From assembly GCF_009914755.1 (NCBI RefSeq), contig NC_060930.1: DNA of 64,000 nucleotides. One strand, 5' to 3'. The notes under the pieces were generated by a model that saw nothing but the letters and a program-made list of their open reading frames with translations, was not told the origin of the DNA and ran no database searches. Source of the stretch: the human T2T-CHM13v2.0 reference genome, Homo sapiens. A program made the translations under genes and the position numbers. Positions 27,461-41,088 of the stretch are shown in pieces (position 1 is the stretch's first letter; each line of letters starts with the position of its first letter).

Positions 27461-28009
27461 GAAATGAGTAAGTTTGCGGGCTTGATATGAAAAGGTCTTA
27501 TCAGATTCCTAGAGGACAGTAAGAGGAGAATGGGGTAGAAAAGCATAGATTTATTTCTTTATGACTTCTGATGCTAACAATGAGTCAAAGTCTGATTCCA
27601 TGTAGAAATTCATACTAATTTTGAAATTTGGTTTGATGAAAAAAATGATTACTTTAGAAAACAATAATTGTGTTCAACAATAATTGAACACATTTATTTG
27701 CGATGATAGAATAAAAGTGATTATAGGCATGTACAAATTCAGAACTGAAATTTTATACTAATGTTTCTCTGAGTATTAGTTAGCATGTCTTTTTTAGGAA
27801 ATTTGTTAAGGAAAGTTGTTTTTAAAGTATTCTTAGCAATGCAGATGACACAAAATAAATATTCTGAAATTTCAATTTCCTGACTTTGTAAAAGCCTAGG
27901 TTTCCTTTCAGTGATTTATGTTTAAATTGATTTATTTTCTTTCTATCATGACAGGTAACTTTTTTATTAAAGTTGTAAAGTCTCAGATTCACAAGACAAG
28001 CCCATCCGT

Positions 28010-28790
28010 GGGCAAAAAATGGAAGCTATACACTCACATTTGGAGTCCTGTTTCCCATTAATTCTTTTCTTCTTCAGCCAAAATGACTTAAATACATAGA
28101 ACAATTATGAAATGAAGCAATGGTGACAAGTGCCACCAGCATTGTGCTAGAAAAAATTCCTCTTACACACACACTAAAGGATCAGACTTCTACAAGTGTC
28201 TTCATGCTCGCAAATGAGAAAAAGGCACTTTGATGAGGAACTAGTTGCAAGATTGTTCAATTATTAGCTAAAGATCACAAAATGTTTCACACAATTTTAG
28301 TCACTTGCTTTTCCAGCCTGTATGGAAATTATTGACACTATGCTTTGGCCCAGTGAAGCATAGGAAACTGAAAAGGTGCTGCTACCGAATTACTGTCGGT
28401 AGGTTCGTTGTCAACATGTTATATAACTTGGGACCACAGTGATCTAGAAAATCATAAAAGCAAAATGGCTTTATTGCAGATGGATGAATCTACAGACATT
28501 ATTAGGAGTGTTCAGTTAATAGTACTAATTAGAAGTCCTCAAGAGAAATGCTTTATAGGACATTATTAGTTCTGCAAAGACATATCACAACAAATTACTG
28601 TGGGGGAAATATTGAAAGCAATAAATAAGTACCTCAAAACACGGTATTACACACATACTGTATATATTTTGTGTTGATGATCCACCGAAAGACAGAAAGT
28701 CACAAAGGCTCTTTTTCAAAATACTTCAGAAACTCTAAGAGCCAAAGTTTTAGTCACTAAATGTTTCTCTGTGTAGAATGTAGTGTTATC
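28010..28790 (+). pseudogene. decayed hAT/Charlie (Buster-like) transposase, N-terminal and first catalytic Asp region
   Basis: manual translation: NEAMVTS (28111), LLAKDHKMFHTI (28261), FPACMEIIDTML, LQMDESTDI (28474-28500), SVQLIVLIR, *FCKDISQQITVGEILKAINKYL; stops and frameshifts present. Confidence 0.8.
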
Positions 28791-28818
28791 ATAATGGTGA
28801 CTCTAATACATTAATACG

Positions 28819-29174
28819 CAGTTGACTCTTGAACAACATGGGTTTGAACTTTGCAGGTCCACTTAAATGCAGATTTTTTTCGATAGATATATTGGACAAT
28901 TTTTGGAGATTTGTGACAATTTGAAAAAACCTAGCAAATGAACCACATAGTCACGAAATATTGAAAAAAATAAGGAAAAGGCACATCATGAATGCATAAA
29001 ATGTGTGTAAATACTAGTCTGTTTATGTGCTAATCAACTTTATGATATCAATAATGTTTCCAGTCAACAATAGCCTACCAGTAATTATGTTTTGGGGGAC
29101 TCAAAATTTATATGTGGATTTTGGCTGTGTGGGGATCAGCACCCCTAACCTTCATGTTGTTCAAGGGACAATTG
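28819..29174 (+). mobile_element. Tigger2a/MER8-type MITE
   Basis: TIRs cagttgactcttgaacaacatggg ... catgttgttcaagggacaattg. Confidence 0.88.
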
Positions 29175-29419
29175 TCCTGTGGATTACTTTAGCTCTGTGT
29201 AAAACATTAGATTAAAAGATGTCTTCATGTGCTTTGAAGAATGCTCTATGTTGTCCAGTAGACTCTTGGGTTGTCTCCGTCTGTGGGGTCTGTACCTTTC
29301 ACTGTCTTTGACCTGTTTACAACTCTGTAGAGATGAGTTATGGCTACATTAGGACAGCTACAACCTCTCTGAAAAGTGAAAACTTTCAGCTTCATTATAA
29401 TCTGATCTTAAAACCAATT

Positions 29420-29780
29420 AAGTATCTTGGGGTGGACTCAGGTACACATATATTTTGAAAGCTCACCAGGTATTTTGATGTGCAGCTGGGATTAAGCATA
29501 GACTATAGATAGTGAGATAGCAAAAGGAAGGAGAAACATTGCTCCTCTAGACATGATACTATCAGAAACTGAAATGGAAAAAGCTGGTTAACAACGTGGA
29601 AGAATCAGGAAGCAAGAACCCACTGATCATATCACCCTAGGATTTACTATAGTCAAGAAAAAGAAAACTCGAACCTTGTTCCAAACCAACTAAATCACAA
29701 TATGGGTGAGTGAGGCAGTGTTTATGAAAATCTTCTCAAGTGACTCTAATGTGCACCCAAGGTGGAGAACCACAGATCTA
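29420..29780. mobile_element. two MER5-like hAT MITE end fragments
   Basis: aagctcaccaggtattttgatgtgcagc (about 29460) and ctcaagtgactctaatgtgcacccaaggtggagaaccac (about 29735). Confidence 0.5.
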
Positions 29781-30205
29781 ACATAGGCAACACTAGAATA
29801 TTCATATCTGGGGCTCTTTAAAATATATGCTCAAACAAATGGGATTGAATTCTTGGTTCTAGGGCCTTTAGAGGATGGTGTTTACCTTTGAGGGGAAGAA
29901 ACGCACCTAGTTAATCAACACTGGAATAACTAAATCCTAAAACAAGAAACGGGGATACAGAGAGGCAAAAACTTGGCCTTAAGCAAGATCTTCCTTGTCT
30001 CCCCAATGTCCCAGGTAAAGTTAGCCTCAACTCCCAGGCCCAGAGACGCCTGAGCCTCCCCAGTATGGATAGGGAACTGGCAGGAATACCATAAGAAATC
30101 CTGCAGTTAGATTTAGGCTGTGAGTTCTGAAAGCATTCATCTCAGATAGCATGGAAAATACCCACAATCTATACTTCCCACCACTTATGCAAAGAAGGGT
30201 TTTGC

Positions 30206-30512
30206 TTTTTTTTTTTTTTTTTTTTTTTTTTTGACAGAGTCCTGCTCTATCACACAGGTTGGAGTGCGGCGGCTGCACTATCAAAGCTCACTGCAACCTC
30301 TGCCTCCCGAGTTCAAGCAATTCTCCCACCTCAGCCTCCTGAACAGCTGGGACTACAAGCATGCACCACCACACCAAGTTAATTTTTGTATTTTTAGTCG
30401 AGACGGGGTTTCACCATGTTGGCCAGCCTGGTCTCAAACTCCTGACCTCAGGTGATCCGCTGGCCTCGGCCTCCCAAAGCGCTGTTACAGGTATAAGCCA
30501 CCACACCAGTCC
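30206..30512 (-). mobile_element. AluS
   Basis: long poly-T, both arms; TSD caaagaagg(g)tttt. Confidence 0.95.
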
Positions 30513-32365
30513 TCAAAGAAGGTTTTAATTAGAATTGTTTACCTGCTTTTCTGTAAGAGACCATAGTGGATAAACTCATCATGCCTTCTATTATTGTTTA
30601 CTTCCTTACCCCAAGGCTGTTATGCTCCAAAGTATAACTATGAGTAAGTGGCAGAAGGAAGGTAGTCCCCGCCCCCTGCAACATTACTGACTTCAAAATT
30701 AATCTACAAGTGTTTACAGAGCTTTCAGAATGCTCCATTCCGACCTTAGTTTTTTCACATTCCCTTCTCCAAATACATTTTCTTTTTTCAGGTTCTTTGA
30801 ATTCTTTTTTTCCCATCTTTGGGCCAAAAAAAAAACTGGCTTTGATGGTATGACCGACTGAATGTAAGAGTTCATTCAAATGCAATTTGAAGTTTACTTT
30901 GGCTTTTGTGCCTACTCAAAAATAAATAAATTTGATTCAATAAATTTGGAAATATGAATTTCGCACAGCACTCTGACGGAAGCAGGTCGGGCTGGGTCAT
31001 GTCTATTTGTAGTTTCATAAATGGGGCTAATTCTGGCTTGGATCAGCACAACCGCAGCCCCAGAGTGTTCAGAAATGCTCTGCATTTCTATTTAGGGGTC
31101 AGAGTTAAAAGAAAACATGTGCCCAGCTTGAACTCTGCATTTCAGGGTGATAACGTCACAGCAACCAGGCTAAGAACTATAAACCTCTATGGAAAAATAG
31201 AGAGAGAAGGAGGAGGGAGGGAGAGACAGAGATTTGGTCTGAAAGGCCCCTTAAGGAGGTTGAGATCTAAGATTAGCTTCGCATGAAAAAGGAGTTGAGT
31301 TGGTTAAGACCAATATCCCCAATGTAATAATTTACATCTTTATTGTTAATGGAAGTCATCGTTTTTAGCATGCCACTGAAATAATTTTAATTGATGGATT
31401 TTTGTATATTTAATGATTTATCCTTCCAATCACTCAATATTTATGAAGCACCTACTATGTGCCAGATGATGCAGAAGGCATTTTGGAAGCTCATGACCCA
31501 CTCTTGCATTTCAGTGGCCATTTGCTATGCATGCCCAAGGCAGTCTCCTGAAAACCTAACCTTCCTTCTTTCTCTCATTCTTTGACTCCTGTTGAATCTG
31601 AATTTAAGGCAGTTTTTAACTATCAGCCCTGACCTGGATGCTGACTAGAGCTGTGACTTGGCGCTTTCCCTTCTGGCCTTCTCACTCTCCCTAAGTAATT
31701 AAGTTCCCTCATGATAGCAAAGCATCATTACAATAGTATTGATACCTGCTGTAATCACTGGCATTCTGGCTTTTCAATTTCCAGTATTTGCCTTGGATCA
31801 AGTAGCTCTGTGCTAATGCAGCAGAAGGTCACCCGATGAAGGGGCTGATAGTGGAGAGGACAGCTCTACTTAGCATGCACGGAAGGTTATGCTTTCCTGG
31901 CGTTGTAGAGCTAATCTTTCAAGTTGTCCTTTTTTGACTTTCTCAGTTTAATCAGTTTAATCTCATCCTCCCTCTTTTCTGATTACAAGGATTTTCTGTA
32001 GAAACCTTGCCTCTACAATAAAGACCATGTGGCAATTTATTCTCATATTGATTTCAACATTTCTGTTCCTCCACCAATGAGCCAATAATGGGAAAGCGGG
32101 AGGATGGGTGGAAGAAGGTTGGAAAAGGAAGAGCCAAAAGAAGGAGTGGGGAACAGGAAGCAAGAGCCCTTCCCATACACGCGTTAGTAGGAAAGCCACA
32201 TACTCCAGTTATCTGGGAAACCTAAATTATCTTAAATGCACTGAAAGCAGAAATGACAGCTAAATTGGAAAGTCTCCACAATGATTAAAGTTAGTTAAAG
32301 ACAGCTATACCAACAAGGGCTTACTTTCTATTTTCACACTAAAGAGATAGAGACAGATACATAGA

Positions 32366-32397
32366 CATACACACACACACACACACACATACACACC
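32366..32397. repeat. (CA)n microsatellite
   Basis: directly visible. Confidence 0.95.
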
Positions 32398-35101
32398 CCT
32401 TCTGAATTCAGAGACATTGCAGTGTATCTAAAGAGATAAATCACACAGCAACAACCTTCCCCAAGAATTCAGCAAATTCTGCTTCCACCTGCTTTTCCTG
32501 TTCAATGCAGAGTAGTGAGCGGTGTCTTGCTGGGCCCTCTACGAAGGGCAGATGCACAGCCATTTGCTAAAAGAGGGGAAAAGGCACAAAGTGGGATTGG
32601 AGGGAAGGTGGTGAGCATGTTTATGAGCTATGGTTATACAGCCTCGTGAAGATGTGCAGTTAGCATTGTGTGCATGGTTCTGGACTGCAACAGAGCATTC
32701 TAAGGGGTGATAGAAAACAAAAATAAATCAGTTTGCTGAGTGGCTGCATTTAAAAAACAGTTGTGCTCTGTAGGTCATATTTAACTGTTACATATCAAAC
32801 TGATACCATTGGCTGTGTAATTCTTAAATATTCTAGAAATTGGGGGAAATTGGTTAGCCATTTATTTAACCACACCATGCCCGGTGAAAAAAAAAATGGC
32901 ACGTAAAATACAAAAAGTATTTATTTTCTTTAATAAGAAAGAATTAAGTACCTTTTTAGGCATTTAACTTATTATAAGTGGCCAAAGCAAAACAGAAAAA
33001 AAAAACAAAAAGAAGAGACATTTCCACAGACACTCACACGTGCTGGAGAATTAAAATGAAATTGCTACCTTTTAAATTCACAGTCTCTTTCCATTTGTTC
33101 TGATATGAACTACGACAATCATTAAATGTTTGGTGAGTGCCGAAAACAGTGTTATTTTGCCAAGATTACACTTGGTTCTAAGAACCACAAACCTGTACAT
33201 TTAAAATGGACCAAACCGTTACCTAAAATATTTGTTTCCTTAAATTGAGAGTGGTAAGTGGGGCAGGGAAAGGGGGTACAGAGCCAAGTGTCTTGCACAG
33301 TAACTATGCTGTATTTCCACTGTCCCTAGTGAATCTTTGTACTTGATCTTCAGTGTTCCTGGAGATAATGATATACTATAGCCAGCTGAAAAGAACATCT
33401 GTTTTAAGAACTGTGAACTTACAGGAGCCATTTGTCTGTCTGATCTGTTCCCATTATTTTCCTCCCCATTTTGTACCTTTATATTTCTCCATTGATCAAA
33501 TCTACACAAAATAAAGGGATTGAGAAAGACACTAAACAGCCATAATTTCTTCTCCCTTCAAAAGGTTACCCACCACCTTTCCTGTTAAATAATTCTGCTT
33601 GACATAAAACACCCAACTTTTTTTTTTTTTTTTGGTAAGCATGTGTTTTCCTTTCCCTTTAAATGGAAGTCTTTGGTTCAGTGGGGCTTACATGCTTAAT
33701 GACAATGTGGTGAAGTTAGCCCAGGAGAACAATGCATCCATTAATCTGCCTCATGCTTAATTGGTAACTACTGTATGGGCTGGCATTTCAAACACAGATT
33801 GCAAATGTACTTGAATTAGTTACTGTTTAATTGATACAACTGGCACTCAGCCTAGAACAAACATGCAGCTACTGTAAAAAGAGAGAGGCTTGAAAGCAGA
33901 AAGAAAAAGATAAAACAAGGTATGATTGTGATTCACTCTTTAAATGTTTATATCAATTATTTGTGAAATACAATTACATATTTTTTTCATAGTGCTTTGG
34001 CAAGCAATAGACCAAAACAAGCTGCTAAAAAATACCCGGAATGCTTGCTGACATAAGAATTTGCAGTGATTCCCAACTCTCTCTCCTCTTTCTTCATTCT
34101 ACTTTTGTCCTTCCAAGGATAGTTATGTATGTGCAACCGAGGTTGGGGAATGCAATATTTATCATAAGATGAAATGCCTAAGAGGATAATTTTGACAGTG
34201 TCTCCACAATAGCAGAATTTCAAAAAAACAGAACACTATTATGGTAATAATTCAACTTTATGACCATTCGCACAAGTGTTACTATCAATATATTTTCAAA
34301 AGAAAAAATTAATTCCTTTAAATTAATTCCCAAATAATTTCATGTAGGCACACCATGCAGAAACCATTAGTTTCTACAACTTGCCTTTAAATAGAGAACA
34401 TTTTGATTCCAGAGATGTTGTAATGATATCGATGGCTGTCATTTTTCAAGCATCTTCCACACACCCAGAATCACACTAAGTGATTCAATCCCCAATTTCT
34501 CATTCAGCCCTCCAAAGAGTCATGCTTTCTTCCTCAGTTTAAATCCTTATTTCATTGATTAAATCTATGTAAAATAATTGGACTGAAAAAAAGTATTAAA
34601 CTGAACTTTTAAAAACCTTTTATAAAAGTTAACCCACGTGGCTTAAATGATTAAATGATTTTGCTTGATATATAAAATGCACAACTGCTATCTTGAATTT
34701 ACAGGTATATGCTAGTCACGGAAGAGCTGATGCCTTTTTCATACCCAGAATACATATAAAGCAACCAAAATACTTTTCTCCAATCTGCAGTGAAAATCCT
34801 TTCGTTGGTTTAGTACAGTTATTGAGTATCTACAGTATATCCCGTTTGGTCTTCAATTATGTGAGATGTTATGTAAAATTGATCTCAATATTATTATCAG
34901 TGAGTTTCTAACTGCCAGTATCAAACGCACTGCGTCTATTACATCTTTAAACATTTTTACAGTTTACCTTTGTTTTGTATTATGTGACTTTTGTTTGGTT
35001 GAAACTTTGTAGTAGTTGACATTTTTCTTGGCTTTTCTGACATAAAGCCTTCCAGGTTTTCATCCTGCCTGTCTGACTACTTCTGAATTGCTTTGAGGTT
35101 C

Positions 35102-35469
35102 TGATATGGTTTGGATCTGTGTTCCATCCAAATCTCATGTGGAATTGTAACCCCAGGAGGGGCCTGGTGAGAGGTGATTGGATCCTGAGGGTGGATTTTT
35201 CCCTTGCTGTTCTCATGATAGTGAGTGAGTTCTCACGAGATTTGGTTATTTAAAAGTGCGTACCACCTCCCCCCTACTCTTTCTTTCTCCGTCTCCAGCC
35301 AGGGTAGGAAGTGCCTGCTTCCCCTTTGCCTTCCGCCATGATTTCCTGGGGTCTCCCCAGCCATGCTTCCTGCACAGCCTGCAGAACCATAAACCAATTA
35401 AATCTCTTTTCTTTATAAATTATCCAGTCTTGGGTAGTTCTTTTAGCAATGTGAGAATGGATTAATACA
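35102..35469 (+). mobile_element. MaLR solo LTR (MSTA/THE1D-like)
   Basis: tgatatggtttggatctgtg ... attaataca; TSD ggttc/ggctc. Confidence 0.92.
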
Positions 35470-35689
35470 GGCTCCTCTTTACCCAACATTTAAACGTGGG
35501 AAGTTTGTATTTCAGATTTCTTTTGCTCTGTGCAATCTCATTTTATTCTACTGACTTCACCTGTATACCACATGTAAGTTATATATCACAATCCCATTGT
35601 TTTCTGGTAAACTAATATATATGACTTTAAAAAAAAAATCACTGAGAGCAATCTTGGAGAAATTTACAATTCTCTTTTTGCCCCTTAGA

Positions 35690-36400
35690 CTGCTCTGTAA
35701 CAATTCAGAGCCGCATACACAAAGCCAACTGGACTCCACTAGGTTGTCTAATGATAGCTCATAATGATGTTCAACAGTAGACTCGCCTTCCAGACCACTG
35801 CTTTGCTTTTTCTCGTGTCTTGTGAAATGGTGTTTCTATTTACATAGTCACCCAAGCCACTAGCCTGAGTTATTCTTGATTTTTCACTGACCTTCATTCC
35901 TCTCCATCTCCACCCACCTGATTTAATCACCAAGTCCTGCAGATTTTTTAATGCTCATAATAGTTGGTTTAAAAATAATTTCTTTCTTTCTGTCCTCAAT
36001 GATACTTCTTACTTCTCATCTGAATTATTGCACTAGCCAGCTAACCAGTTTTTCTACTCCTACTACCAACTCTTCTCCAGTCCATTCTGTAGAGATGATT
36101 CCAAAGAATAAAAATGCACCCTTTCTTGCTGAAGATTGTCCAGAACCCTCATAGGCTTAAGGAAAAGGAACTGTTGTGTTCTAATCTCTGCCTATTTCTT
36201 TCGTTTTATTTTCCTCGTTCTCCCAAACATTCCCACCCTTCTCTACCTAGTAATTCCTACTGTTTCTTCAAGGCTCGATTCAACCGTCATCATTCTGCAA
36301 AGCTATCTCTAGCCATCCTTGGCTAAGGTAGGTGTTCGTCCTGTCTTCCCGTTGTTCCCTGTGCATACTTCCATTACAGGCTTGATCACATTGCACTCTA
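35690..36400 (+). mobile_element. L2 remnant
   Basis: agtcacccaagccactagcctgagttattcttga, aatcaccaagtcctgcagatt, attcctactgtttcttcaaggctc. Confidence 0.6.
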
Positions 36401-36624
36401 ACTCTAAGCTATTTTAGAGTTACTGGTTAGGCTGTTAGGCTTTCTGGTTAGGCTGTAATCATATTTTGCTTTCTGGTATTTTTAACTGTTGATACGCTTT
36501 ACATATTTTTAAAAAGAGAGACCTATTTGTTGGTATCTTCAAAGAGATGTAAAACGTAATATTCAACTCAGTTTTATATACCAGGTATGTAAATATTTGT
36601 TCTCTTATTTCTGTGTTGGGGGGA

Positions 36625-36770
36625 CTTTTAAAAATAGATTTAGAGGGTACCAGTGCAGTTTTGTTATATGAATATATTACACGTTGTTGAAGTCTGGACT
36701 TTTAGTGTGGCCATCACCCAAATAATGTACATGGTACCCATTAAGTAATTTCTTATCCCTCATCCTGTTC
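36625..36770 (-). mobile_element. L1PB/MA 3' end fragment
   Basis: gggtaccagtgcagttttgttatatg...ccatcacccaaataatgtacatggtaccc. Confidence 0.75.
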
Positions 36771-37084
36771 TTGCTTCTAACTAGCTAAGTGACATTGGGG
36801 ACACCATTTAGCCTTTCTAAGCATTAGCTTCATTATCTAAATAATTATTTTTAAGCTCTTCGTAACACAAATATTTGTATTTAAGTGGTTCTCTCCAATT
36901 ATGTTGTGTAATTAGACATTTAATACAAGTTTTAATAGTTTACTGTTGTTGAATGAAAAGGTTCTGATTCAAAGTGTTCTTAGATATTGATTTTTGTCCC
37001 TACACTAAGTGATGTTAGTTTATATCTATAACGATTTTACATAAGATTTAAGCTGGTTCACGATAACATATCCCCCAAATGGTA

Positions 37085-37150
37085 AGAAGAAGGAGGAAAA
37101 GAAAGGAAGAAGAGGAGCAGGAGGAGGAAGGAAAGAGGAGGAGTAGAGAG
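37085..37150. repeat. GA-rich low-complexity tract
   Basis: directly visible. Confidence 0.8.
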
Positions 37151-37255
37151 AATTGTGTCAAAGAAAAAAGTAAATATTAATACATGTAAAAGTCAAAACT
37201 AGAAGCAAGTGAAAATACATGCCTGCACCATAATCGCTATATGTAATTGTAATAG

Positions 37256-37675
<420 letters not shown>

Positions 37676-38104
37676 TGCAGCACACATTTCTAAAGTAAGT
37701 TTTTCCACACTGAGTTGCATGTACAAGGTAGTAAATAATGTACCAGACAATGCCTCAACACAATTCCTAAATAAAATATAAGAATGAAATTGATGAGGTT
37801 GTGCTTTAAAATACCCTCCAAGAAAAGGCAAGGCCATTATCTGAAAAGTTTGTAAAAACAAGTCCATCAGTGGCAAAGATATATTTCAATTGGGTAGCCT
37901 TCTGATGATCTACTTTGATTAAAAATGAAATCCAGAATACCTAAATAAATAGCAACAGAACACATCCTTTTGTTAATCCTCTTCAAACATCACATTTGCT
38001 AGGTTCTAATGGGTCCCCGTGGTGTGTTTGGAGTAAGATTCTACTCTAGGAAGTGGCAGTTGCTCCCTCTTTCACAGTTTAATAAAAGCAGTTACTCTCA
38101 GCAC

Positions 38105-38626
<522 letters not shown>

Positions 38627-40969
38627 AAGGTACTACTATATTACATGAGACTGCCTTAGACATGCATGCTGTATGTGCTTTTCTATTAGTAGCAGCACCA
38701 GAAAAACCATCCTTCCCTTTCTGAGAGCAGTATGGATCACACATTCACAGATTGTTTAAGCTATCACTAGATTGTGATCTTGTTTACTTTGGTGATGCAC
38801 TTCTTCTTGTATTCATAGACATAGAAACTGGATTTTAAAATTTGTATGTGTCCAGCTTTCTTTGTGGCCAATCTTTATCATTCAGTTTTAAACAAAATTT
38901 GTCCTCTTGTAAGATCCGATCACACGATTCATTTCCTGGAAACATGAAAAAAGACTCCACATATTAGGCTGGAAGCTTGGATTCTAGTCTAGCTTAGTGA
39001 TACCATGTCAACCTTCTCATCTGTAATGTTTCAGCATTGAGATCATGGCTAAATGTTCATTTTGGTTTTAAATTTCTGATTCTAAAAATTCAAGTTCAGT
39101 TTAAGGTTAAATCTTCTTTTAGACCAAGGGAAACAAATGAACAAAAAACTGTATGTAAAATATCTCTCCATTCTGATATATAGTTCTTATTTCCCTAAAT
39201 TTCTGAATTCTGATGAGAATTGATGCTTTCCCATTTAATATTGTTTCCTTTGAAGTTCCTGAAATTTTCAGGCTAATAAATCCCCAGGTGGCTCTATTTC
39301 AAGTGTTACCCTTTGCAGCAAAGAGCATCTCTCTGAGCTTTAGACCTAATTTTGCTGTGAGTATTCTCACCTCGTTTAAGGCAGGAGCAAAACTTCCCAT
39401 GGATTGCCCTGTCCCTCCTGTGCCATCCTATCTCTGATCAGAATGGCGAGCGTTGACCTGCAAGAGAAGCTCACTGAGTATTTCTGCTCCTTTCTCCACA
39501 CCCCTCATCACTCCTTCCAAAGGAGAAAACAAGAGCAAGACACCCTACCCGCAATGGGAAAGAGTTATGATCTGAATTATTCAAACCTTAGCACTGTGTA
39601 TTGATATAATTTTCAAACAGATGAAGGTGGCAGCACTGGAGTGTGGATTTTTCCTTTCTGGTCTCTGTTGCTTCCACAGAGTACAGAATGGTAATGAGGG
39701 CCTGAGCCATTTCCCCTTGGAAAAATCCCAAACATCTCTCTTTATCTTTAGCTCTCTCTTTCTTCCACTCTGTACTCTCTCCTGCCTCAAGGGCAGCCCT
39801 AGATCAGGTTTGATAAAGTCTGGAGTAGGAGACACAGCACTGGGGCAGGCACCTTCCTCCTGCCATCCCCTCCCTCTTGCGTTTCTTCATGTTCTATTTC
39901 TTCTCATCTTGGGAAGTCCACTTTAATTCAACCTTTCCACCGACCTGAGTGTTGACATTAGAGACCCAGGTTTGGGGTTAGGAAAGAGCCACTTGGCTCA
40001 GAGAGGAACAATGCTCCAAGAACAGCTGACTTCCTGAAGACCTATGTTGGAGAGGGAGGCTAGCGCCCAAGCAATAAAGATGTGAGACAATGACCGGCTT
40101 GGTCAGACTTTCTCTTGCAACTCTTTTGCCCTTGGAAGCTCACCCCAAGAGGTATCTATAGCAAGGCAGGACACAGTTATTTCTGAGTTCCTTTGCCAAA
40201 TAACACCACACAATAATCACTTTAATTGCAATTCAATTAACATAGCTACAATTTGGTATAATTTTAACTGATTCTATTATTTTCAATAGCAGCTAGTAGG
40301 TGATGGCTGCTTCCTTTCTGTACTATTCCCTTTTGATGAAGAGTGGGAGTGGAAGGGCTTCACTTTCAAAATCTCTGCTCCTTTCCCATTCACTATGCAG
40401 ATATAGCAGAGTCAATTAGGAAACAATGGTTATATTTTTAAAGCCATGTGTTTTAGTAACTAAATGTTGCTGCTTTAGGACTTTATGCAGCTTTCCAGTT
40501 CTGTTCTTTTTAAACTTTTGAATATTTTTTCTTAACTATTTCCCAACAAAATCAATTCCTAAACTTTTTCATAATTATTATTCCCTATAAAATTTACTCT
40601 TTCACTGGCTAAATTAAAGTCTTGAGTGTGGAGACCATATCGTGTAATTATAATCCTTACCCCCTATTTTACAAAGCACATAATAACAATCACAGGAAAA
40701 ATACAAATAGCCAATAAATGTAAAGAACCTATTTATTCTTTTGAGTCATCATAGAAATGCACATTGGAACTGTCTATAAAATTAGTAGTGATACTAATAT
40801 ATTCTAATATTTGAACGATGTTCTAAGAGTGACCAGAGAATGTTGCTGAATGACTAGAAAAACTTTTTGGAAAGCAATTCGTCAACATGTGTTAACAACC
40901 TTTAAAATGTATATTGTTAAAGAATATTACAAGACATGGAACAATTGTTGGCATATAATGCTAATTTTA

Positions 40970-41065
40970 GTATTATTCAATAAATATTTATTAAGGGCCC
41001 TCCATGTGCCAGGCACTGCTCTAAGTGAACAAAATAAAGTTCATGTCTTCAAGGAACTTCTATGG
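40970..41065 (-). mobile_element. L2 3' end
   Basis: attcaataaatatttattaaggg...tgtgccaggcactgctctaag; L2 resumes after MER52 at about 42690-42960. Confidence 0.65.
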
Positions 41066-41088
41066 AAAACAAAGTCAGCTGGTGGTAG

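Noticed and set aside
36423-36458. Short tandem duplication ctggttaggctgt (similar one at 60830-60870)
   Set aside because: Ordinary slippage microduplications
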